Position numbers and translations under genes: made by a program. The notes under the pieces are model-generated. The model was not told the origin of the DNA, made no database searches, and saw only the letters and a list, made by a program, of their open reading frames with translations. 64,000 nucleotides of DNA from an uncultured Gemmatimonadales bacterium (GTDB taxonomy: Bacteria > Gemmatimonadota > Gemmatimonadetes > Gemmatimonadales > GWC2-71-9), in contig CAWGED010000004.1 of assembly GCA_963821525.1 (NCBI GenBank), forward strand, positions 160,001 to 224,000, written 5' to 3'. This document shows positions 55,141 through 64,000 of this stretch, one piece after another (position 1 is the first letter of the stretch; the number at the start of each line of letters is the position of its first letter).

Positions 55141-55958
55141 GGCGACGGGGTGAGCGAGTCTTTCTGCGCGACGTGCTCCGAATCCCGTACCGACCCCGGA
55201 GGAAGTTCATAGAGTAGTTCCAGGGTCCGGTTGTCGCGCTCAGAGGCGCGGGGAGCCATCGCTCCAGGATGCATGATATCGGTGGTTTCCCCCGAGTGAG
55301 GCAGGCCGAGAGCGTGTCCCACTTCGTGCAGGGCCACGGCACGCATGGCGACCGGAGGTAGCTGGTTTCCCGCGGTATCGTGGATGGCGAGAACGATGAC
55401 CGCGCGGTGGATTCGCCCGCTGCGGTCCCAGGTGAGGTCGGTCTGGCCGGCACGATCAATCTGGAAGCGATCGATCCAGCGCACCGAGATCGCGGCGCCT
55501 GCGGTGTCCTGCACTTCGGCCCACTGGAGGCCGAGCCGGCGCAGGTCCCAGACCTCGAGAGCTTCCCGGACATATCCGGCCATGGCGGGATTGTAGCCGG
55601 GAGGACCACCGGGAGCGATCGCGACACCGAGCGTCACACCCCCGCTGCCATTTCCCCAGCGGCGAACGACCGAGTCGGTCGTGGCCAACAACGAATCGAG
55701 GTAGACTCGATCCGCCTCGCCACGGATTCTCTGGCGTACCGCGAGTCGGGCGAGACGGTCGAGGGGAGAGGTAGGCGGTGCATCGGCTGAGGTGGTGTCG
55801 GTCGGCCGGGCCATGGCGAGGGGAGCGGCGGCAAGCCTGGTACCCGCCTGGGCAGTCGCGGACGGAGCGGGAGCGGAACGCAGGAAATCTCCCGCCTTGT
55901 CGACCACCACAAGGGCGACCAGCGCAAGGACCAGCATGACGAGCACGATGCGTGGCAT
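55137..55958 (-). CDS. Matrixin (M10-like) zinc metalloprotease
   Basis: HEVGHALGLPH and Met-turn DIMHP. Confidence 0.88.
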   Translation of the reverse strand: MPRIVLVMLVLALVALVVVDKAGDFLRSAPAPSATAQAGTRLAAAPLAMARPTDTTSADAPPTSPLDRLARLAVRQRIRGEADRVYLDSLLATTDSVVRRWGNGSGGVTLGVAIAPGGPPGYNPAMAGYVREALEVWDLRRLGLQWAEVQDTAGAAISVRWIDRFQIDRAGQTDLTWDRSGRIHRAVIVLAIHDTAGNQLPPVAMRAVALHEVGHALGLPHSGETTDIMHPGAMAPRASERDNRTLELLYELPPGSVRDSEHVAQKDSLTPSP

Positions 55959-56055
55959 GAGTGCAGGAAATATTGTGGGAACGGGTTCCCGCCCGCTATG
56001 GCTAGCGTGGCTCTCCAGCGGCGCCTAAGATTTTCGCCGTGGAGACCCCACCTTC

Positions 56056-58365
56056 GTGACCAAGTTCTTCGCCAGAAACCTCATCCGCTGGCGCTGGGCG
56101 GTGATCGTCGCCTGGGCGGTGATCGGATACCTGGCCGCGGCCCGCGCTCCACATGTCGTGGAGGTCCTCAATACGCGGGGAGGCAGCCGCGCGCCGACCG
56201 AGGCATCCCGGGTAGACGAGATTCTGCGCACCCGGTTCAACAAACCGCTCAACGATTTCTTCGCGGTAACGCTCGAAGCTCCCGAGCGATTCGACAGCGG
56301 CCTGCCTCGCGAGTTGCTCGATTCCCTGATCGCCCGATTTGAGCGGCGGCGCTTCGTGAGCGGCGTGGTCTCATTCCGCTCCACAGGTGATTCGACGTTC
56401 GTGAGCAAGGACGGCAAGGCGACGGTCCTTCTGCTGGGACTGGTGCCGGCCAAGGGGGATAGCGTCGCACGAATGGTGCCGCCGGTTCGGAAGACGGTTT
56501 CAGAAACTCTGGCCGATCTCAGGCTCGACCCCAACACCTATCGAGTGCGGGTGACCGGCCGGTCCCCGCTGGATCTCGACATCCGCAATATCGCCGCCAG
56601 CGACAGCCGAAGAGGCGAAATCCGGCTGCTTCCGCTGACCGCGGGGATTCTGCTGCTGGCGTTCGGTGCCCTGGTGGCGGCGGTCCTGCCGCTGATCGTG
56701 GGATTCCTCGCGATCTGGATCACCCTCGCGATCATTTCGGTTCTGGCGAGCTTTACGCCGATGTCGGTCTTCGTGCTCAACATGACCACGATGATGGGAT
56801 TGGGCGTGGGCATCGACTACTCGCTGCTCATCGTGACCCGGTTTCGCGAGGAGCTGAACCGGGGCTTGCGGCGGCGCGAAGCGGCGCTGCGCGCGCTCAG
56901 CACGGCTGGTGTGGCGGTGATCACGTCGGGGCTTACGGTGGTCGTCGGCTTCGCCGCGCTACTCCTCACGCCGCTGGTGGAGACCCGGAGCGTCGGCCTC
57001 GGCGGCCTGGTCGTCGTGGCGGTGGCGGTGGCCTGCTCTCGATCACGCTCCTGCCGGCGCTCCTCGCGGTCCTGGGCCGCCAGATCGACCGCCCCCGCTG
57101 GCTCGCCCGACGACTCACCTGGTACCACGCGCCGACGGTCTGGGAGCGCTGGGCCCGGAGCCTGAGCCGGCATCCGCGGCGCGCGCTGGCGATCGGCGGA
57201 GCATCCATCGCGCTCCTCACGGCGCCGGTCTTCTGGATCCGCATCGGCTTGCCGGCGCGGCACTGGTGGCCCGATCAGACCGAGGCCGGGCAGGGGGTCA
57301 AAGCCCTCGAAGCCATGGGCGTTTCCAACATGATTCTGCCGGTCCGGGTGGTGGTTGAAGCGCCGGCCGGGCAGACGGCGGTGAACGCCACGAGGCTGCG
57401 CGGACTCCGCGCCCTGTCCGATTCGCTGCGGGCCGATCCGCGGGTCCGCCAGGTCCGGAGCATCGTGGACCTGGAGCCCGGGACCTCGATCCTGCAGTAC
57501 TCCCTGCTCTACAGCGACCTCCCTGCCGCCCGCGAGAAGTATCCGGGCCTTCTGGATGCCTACTTGAGCACGGACGGCACAGGTCGCTCTCATCGACGTC
57601 GATCCTGAGCGACACCGACCTCGCTCACCTTCCGGCGATGGATGCCTCGCGACGAGCTCCGCCGCTCGGCGCACGCCCCACCCAAGCAGCTCAAGGGCGC
57701 GAAGATCCTGGTCGGCGGATACACCGCGTCGAACCTGGATTTGCAGGATCTGACTGCTGGCTCAGTTCCCGCTGCTCGTGTTCCTGATGCTCGCCGTGAC
57801 CGGCAGTCATGCTGGCCATCGCCTTCCGGTCGGTGCTGGTACCGATCAAGGCCGTGATGATGAACACGCTCTCGGTGAGCGCCACCTTCGGGCTCATCGT
57901 GCTGGTCTTCCAGTACGGGGTTGGCGGAAAGCTCTTCGGACTGGACGGGCCGACCTCGGCCATCTTCGTGGTGATACCGGTGCTGGTATTCGCGGTGGTG
58001 TTCGGACTCAGCATGGACTACGAGGTCTTCCTGCTGGCCGGATCAAGGAGGCCTTCGACCGCAGCGGGAAGAACGATCAGGCGACCGAAGAGGGGCTGTC
58101 CGCGACGGCGTCCGTCATCACCTCGGCGGCGCTGATCATGATCCTGGTCTTCGGGGTCGTTCGCCTTTGCGCGGGTGCTGGTGATGCAGTTCCTCGGCTT
58201 CGGGCTGGCCGTGGCGGTGCTGCTCGACGCGACCATCATCCGGATGGTGCTGGTGCCGGCGTTCATGCACCTGGCGGGCGAGTGGAACTGGTGGCCCGGA
58301 GGGCAGAGAGAACGGGAGAGAGGAGAAGGGAGACGGGAGCCGGGAAGGCGGTCCCGGCGTATAGA
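56056..58365 (+). CDS. MMPL/RND family transporter (multiple frameshifts)
   Basis: GVGIDY...[39 protein letters not shown]; end approximate. Confidence 0.88.
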
Positions 58366-58371
58366 GCGAGC

Positions 58372-61167
58372 TTACTTCTTCGCGTCCAGCCAGTTCTCCC
58401 CGATCCCCACGTCGACAACCAGCGGCACTTTCAACTCGGCCGCGCCCTCCATGTGCTCGCCGCACGAGATCCTTCACGCTTCCGCCTCGGCTCGGCGCCT
58501 CGACGACCAGCTCGTCGTGCACCTGGAGCAGGAGCTTCGCCCCGGGATCCTCCGCCTGCAGCGCGCCGTGAATCCGGCACCATCGCGATCTTGATGAGAT
58601 CGGCCGCGGAGCCCTGCAACGGCGTGTTCTGCGCGGTGCGCTCGGCGAAGGCGCGCAGGTTGAAATTCTTGTCGTGAATTTCCGGGATGTAGCGCCGCCG
58701 GCCGAACAGGGTCTCGACGTAGCCCGGTATCCCGGGCGATCCGTACCTGCCGATCGAGAAAGGCTCGCACGCCGGCAAAGCGCTCGAAGTACTGGGCGAT
58801 GAACGCCTTCGCTTCCTCCTGAGAGATGCCGAGCTGTCGACAGAGGGCGAAGGCACCCTGTCCGTAGATGGTGCCGAAGTTGATGGTCTTGGCCCGGGCC
58901 CGCATCTCGGCGGTGACCTCGTCTACCGGGACGCCGAAGATGAGCGACGCGGTCTGCCGGTGGATGTCGCCGCCCTCCCGGAAGGCCTGAATGAGGACGG
59001 GGTCGCCGGAGAGATGCGCCAGTGAGCCGCAGCTCGATCTGGGAATAATCCGCCACCACCAGCCTGCGACCCGGCTCCGGGAACAAACCCGCGACGGATC
59101 GCCTCGCCCCGCGGCGTGCGGACCGGAATGTTCTGCAGATTGGGATCGGACGAGCTGAGCCGGCCGGTGGCGGCTCCGGTCTGGTTGAAGCTGGTGTGGA
59201 TCCGCCCGGTGACGCGGTTGACCCGCGCGGGCAGCACGTCCACATAGGTGGACTTGAGCTTCTGGAGCTCCCGATACTCGAGGATCAGGCGGGGAACCTC
59301 GTGACCCATGCGCGGCGAGCTGCTCCAGCACGTCGGCGTCGGTGGAGGGTCCGGTCTTGGTCTTCTTGAGGACCGGCAGCTGAAGCTTGTCGAAGAGCAG
59401 CACCGCCAGCTGCTTCGGCGAATTGAGGTTCAGGTCCGACGCCGGCTGCTGCGCGATCTCCCGCTCGAGCGCCGCGAGTTCTGCGTCAACTCCGGAGCTC
59501 AGCCGGCGGAACAGCTCCCGGTCGATCGCGATGCCGGTCCACTCCATGTCGGCCAGCACCGGGACCAGCGGCAGTTCGATCTCGGTGAGAAGCCGGTCAG
59601 CTTGAGCTGATCGAGCTGGGGCGTAAACCACGCGTGGAGCCCGAGCACCGCCAGGCATTGGCGCACAGGAGACGTTCGCCACGGCGGCCTGGGAGAGCTC
59701 AGCCACGGGTCTGGGCGGCCTGCCCCTCGCCGGCGCCTCGAGCTGGGGCAACTGCCGGCCCAGGTGCTCGAAGGCGAGGTCGTCGATCGCGTGGGTGCGC
59801 CGGCCGGGATCGAGGACGAAGCTCGCCAGCATCGAATCGTAGGCTACTCCGGCGAGCTCTACCCCGCGCGCCGAAGGACCTGCCAGTCGTACTTGATGTT
59901 GTGACCCGCCTTGGGCACCGAGGGATCGGCGAGTACCGCAGCGACTGACGCCAGAGCCGGACTGTCCAGTGGCGGGAGATTGGGAACGGCCGCCGGTGCC
60001 GCGAGCTCGCCATCTTCCGGGCGATGTCCGAAGGAGAGGTACCAGATGTTCGGAAGGCGCCGGCGGCGAGCGACAGCCCGATCAGCGTGGCGTCGCGTGG
60101 ATCGACCGACCGGAGGTCCTGGCGCTCAGGGCCACCAGGGGCGCGGCGCGAAGGCGGGCGACTATTTCTGGCAACTCCGAAGAATCGGCGACGACGCGGG
60201 CGGGAGTCCGCCTGAGCCGCTCGGAGCCTCCGCTGGCTGTCCCGGCGGCCCGTTCCACAGGGGGCGCCATGACCTCGTATTTCCGCACCAGGGAGTAGAA
60301 CTCGAGCTCGCTGAAGATCTTGAGCAAAGCCGGAACATCGGGCTCGCACTCTTCGAAGCGCGGCGGGATCGAGGGTCACCGGCACATCGCGCTTGATGGT
60401 GACCAGTTCCCTGGAAAGGCGAGCCTGCGTCGGCGTATGCGATCAGAGCCTCGCGAGCCCGCTTGTTCTTGACCTCTTCCGCGCGGCCGAGCAAGGATTC
60501 GAGGTCCCCGAACTGCTGCAGCAGCTCGACGGCGCCCTTCCCGCCGATGCCCTTCACTCCCGGCACGTTGTCCGACGAATCTCCCACCAGCGCGAGATAG
60601 TCCGCCACCTGTGCCGGCGGCACGCCGAGTCGTTCGGCGGCGTTCGACTCGTCCACCCAGTGCTCCTCGACTCCGGCGCTGCCGCCGCGGCCGGGATTGA
60701 GCAATGCGACGCCGGGACCGATGAGCTGATAGAAATCCTTGTCTCCCGATACGATGACCACCTGCCAGCCCTGCTCCACACCCTTCACCGCGAGCGATCC
60801 GATCACATCGTCCGCTTCATACCCGTTGAGCGCTACCAGGGGAATGCGGAAGGCGGCGAGCAGCTGCTTGATCCGCTCTACCGAGCGGTCGAAGTCGGCC
60901 TGAAGCTCGCTATCGAGCTTCTCCCGGGTGGACTTGTATTCGGAGTAGCAGCGCGGTGCGGAAGGAGTCGCCGGCGTCGTGGATCCACGCCAGGTAATCC
61001 GGCTGGTACTTCTCCCGGAGTTTCAGCAGGAAATTGACGACGCCCAAAGCCGCCGAGGTGTTCTCGCCCTTCGTGGTGCGCAGGGGACGCGCGATCAGGG
61101 CGTAGAACGCTCGGTAGATGAGGGCGTAGCCGTCGATCAGGTAAAACTGGGGAGGGTCGTGCCGCAT
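58372..61167 (-). CDS. polA: DNA polymerase I (many frameshifts)
   Basis: [55 protein letters not shown]. Confidence 0.95.
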
Positions 61168-61188
61168 GGAGGCGGAAACTTAATCGCC

Positions 61189-62534
61189 TCAGCCCGCCTC
61201 GCGGCTCAACCTGGCAGCTATGCGTTCGAAGTCGGCACGGGAGGCCTGGGTCAGCTTGAAGCGGCCGAACCCGGTGTCGTCGCTGAAGAAGAGCGTGAGC
61301 TGGTACTGGGTATAGCTCCACCGGATGATCCGGCCCTCGCTCAGGGGACTCGCGTCGAAGACCTCGTCCGGCTCTCCGATGCGGATCAGCACCTCCCCTC
61401 GGTCGGTGCGCCACCCGGCGACTCCTTCGTCGGTGAACCGCTGGTTGGCCAGCGCGACACGGGCGAAGTACTGGTCCAGCATTTCATTGGTCGGCGTCGC
61501 CGGGTTGGGATCGGTGCCGTGGTAGAAGGCACGCCAGCGCTCCGACCGGTTCTCCGGCGTAGCGTCCCGCAATGAGTCGAGGTAGTCGGAGGCGGGGAAG
61601 TAGCGCAGCAGGCCGACCATGTCCTCGTAGTTGCTGGTGACCCAGGCCCCCGAGAAGGCAACCAGAGCACTGCTCCGCTTCTCATCGGCCCCCTTCCCCA
61701 CGATGAGCTTCAGCTCGCCCAGCGGAGCCGCCTCCGGCGAGAAGCGATAGACGAAGGATTCGACCGGACGGCCTCCGACGATGGGAAATTTTTCCTGAGC
61801 GATGACGCTGTCGTCTACGTCCACCAGGATGAATGGGATGGTGTCAGGACCGGTGCGACTGTAGGCCTCGACGTAGGCCAGCGCCGTGTCCCCACCGTAG
61901 CTGAGCGCGCCTCGCGGGTTGACCAGGATGCCGATGGGGTCGCTGCGTGAGACCCTTCCCTTGGCGCGGTAGGTCAGGATCGGCGCCGAGACGCTTCCCG
62001 GAGGAAACGCGGGCACGACGAAGTCGCCCTCCGCGCGGGTCGAATTCTGGGAATCCCTATCGCGAATCGCGACCACGAAATGATGGGGACCCGCGGGGAG
62101 CAGGAGGGCATCCTGGAACAGGATGCTCTCGTCGACTCGCTGGGTTTCTTCGAAACTCGGGACCCGAACCGTCTGATCCTTCCCGAGGGTGACGCGGAGG
62201 CCGGCCCTGGGCCTGAGCGGTCAGATCGACCCGGTAGTGCGCCACGAAGTCGTTGCCGTCCCTCTGAAATCCGAACGAGCGATTGGAGAGGGAGATGCCG
62301 ATGATGGCGACCGTCGTGTCTCCCACGCCGCCAAGAAACGAGACCGATGCCACGAATGGCAGCGGGCTACCGGCAGTAAGGCGGCCGATTCGCTTGAAGG
62401 CCGCCTGGACATCCAGAATCTGGGTGAGGGTTTCGCCGCGGTCCGGAGGGGTCGAGCTGCCTTCCCGCTGCCAGCTTCCGCACCCGAGAGACGAGGAGGG
62501 CGACGGCAAGTGGCGGCCCGAGAGAGACTTTCAT
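61189..62534 (-). CDS. GWxTD domain lipoprotein (frameshifted)
   Basis: DPNPATPTNE...RV..AN.RF...GWRTDRG...GEPD; N-terminal lipobox-like GC. Confidence 0.85.
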
Positions 62535-62621
62535 TGACCTAGCTTACCTGTTCGTCGTCAACAGCGTCAAGCAGTGTGCTTGCTCGGGTTCCGACGTCGG
62601 GGTAATTTTGCTCGCGATCTC

Positions 62622-63513
62622 ATGAGCCAAGACAACCTCGTCGGCCGAACCGTAGCGGGGTACCGCCTCCTCCAACACGTCGGCGAGGGCGGTACCGCTG
62701 CCGTTTACCGTGCCGAGCATCCCGAGCGCGGGCTGGCGGCCCTCAAGGTCCTGCGCACCCGCCTGGGGCAGGACCCGGTCGCCGTCAAAGCGGTTCCTCC
62801 GCGAGGCCGAGTTCGGGACCCGGGTCCAGCACCCGAACGTGGTGAAGACCTACGAATTCGGCGAGACGGACGGGATGTACTATCTCGCGCTCGAGTGGAT
62901 GGACGGCGAGCCGCTGGAGAAATTCGCCCTTCGCTCGGGCCGCCTGGCACCGATCCTGGTCGCCACCATCGTCGAGCAGATCGGCGCGGCACTCACTGCC
63001 GCGCACGCCCTCGGCATCATTCATCGCGATCTCAAGCCCGCCAACATCATGTACGACCCCTCGACGCAGCGAGCGATGCTGCTCGACTTCGGGATCGCGC
63101 GGGACCAGGACCTGAAACCCGAGGAACGACTGACCCGGACCGGTTTCTTCGTCGGCACGCTGCAATACGTCGCTCCGGAAGCGCTCTCTGGCGAGCTGGT
63201 GAATCAGCAGGCGGACGTCTACAGTCTCGCCACCATCGCCTATTATCTCCTGACCGGCACCCTGCCCTACACCGGGCGCTCTCCGCGAGAGCTGTTTCAG
63301 CAGCTTCTGACTCAGCCTCCGCAACTTCTCAATCAGGCCGTGAAGGGGCTCAAGTTTTCTCCCGCCATCGAACAGGTCGTGATGTCTGGACTCGAGCGCG
63401 ACCTCACCAAGCGAAGTAAGAGCATTGACGAGTTCTCTCAGCGCTTTTGCACGGCGGTACGGGAGGAGACCGGGAAGAAGGGAGGCTTCCTGAGCAACAT
63501 CTTCGGCCGATGA
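62622..63513 (+). CDS. Hanks-type Ser/Thr protein kinase (frameshifted)
   Basis: GEGG, ALK, HRDLKPAN, DFG, GTLQYVAPE, DVYS. Confidence 0.92.
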
Positions 63514-64000
63514 CGAGAGATTCTGAACTCGCCGCGCTTGACCAGCTGCTGCTCGAACGCTCGGTCAGGCGCGGCGATTTTGTGCTCGCCTCCGGGCGGC
63601 GATCGTCGTTCTACGTGGACGCGCGACTCACTACCATGTCGGCTCAAGGGCTCGTGCTCATCGGCCGGGTCGGGCTTCAGGCAATACGAACCAAGGGCTG
63701 GACTCCGGACGCGGTCGGCGGACTCACCATGGGGGCCGATCCGGTGGCCTACGCTATTGCGGCAGCCAGCGCTCCAGTCCCCTCCTCAGGTGCAGGCCTT
63801 CAGTGTCCGCAAGGAGGCGAAGGCACACGGTACCGGTCGACGTATCGAAGGGAACTTTGCCGCCGGTAACCGCGTGGTCATCGTCGAAGACGTGCTCACG
63901 ACCGGTGGCTCGGCCCAGCAGGCGGTAACCAGGGTTCGTGCGGAGGGCGGCCAGGTGCTCGGCGTGCTGACGGTGGTCGACCGGGAAGAAGGGGGACTGA
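63510..64000 (+). CDS. pyrE: Orotate phosphoribosyltransferase (frameshifted, truncated by window end)
   Basis: GDFVLASG..S.FYVD, GGLTMGADP, RKEAKAHG, VEDVLTTG. Confidence 0.93.

Noticed and set aside
58298..58350. Polypurine tract between MMPL and polA ends
   Set aside because: Low-complexity, no defined unit, and in an error-rich zone

Overview
GC-rich bacterial chromosomal DNA, probably Gemmatimonadota or a related diderm lineage (inference from gene content: GWxTD protein, BrxA, ADOP-like permease). It lies near the parABS/mnmG locus. Many genes, including housekeeping polA, mnmG, sufS, rnd and pyrE, carry single-base frameshifts that look like long-read assembly errors, so boundaries of split genes are approximate. 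Content in order: mazEF; a ~10 kb metal-uptake locus (porin, Zn/Mn-type SBP and permease, then TonB receptor-copC-copD-SCO-PCuAC-ctaG-phosphatase); DHS/LOG/aminotransferase genes; NDH-2, patatin and queG; a nucleoside ABC transporter; bactofilin-M23-parB-parA with two parS sites; mnmG; a SUF operon with bacilliredoxin; def; PadR; a PlpD-like patatin; rnd; MMPL; polA; a kinase; pyrE. The most striking signal is two paralogous 113-aa leader ORFs (688-1029, 4411-4752). Both have a signal/TM segment, HxxxC at residues 53-57 and RAPP at residues 106-109. Each lies ~75 nt before the outer-membrane gene of one metal module, with potential RBS-sequestering RNA structure. This suggests a tandem, DUF2946/CruR/CutF-like ribosome-stalling metal-sensing cascade with a non-CxxC sensor. 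Other notable candidates are an ECF-promoter-driven anti-SD small RNA (~49840-49948), an LSm-like protein at the end of the SUF operon, a Cys-type patatin and a structured intergenic RNA (15054-15205).
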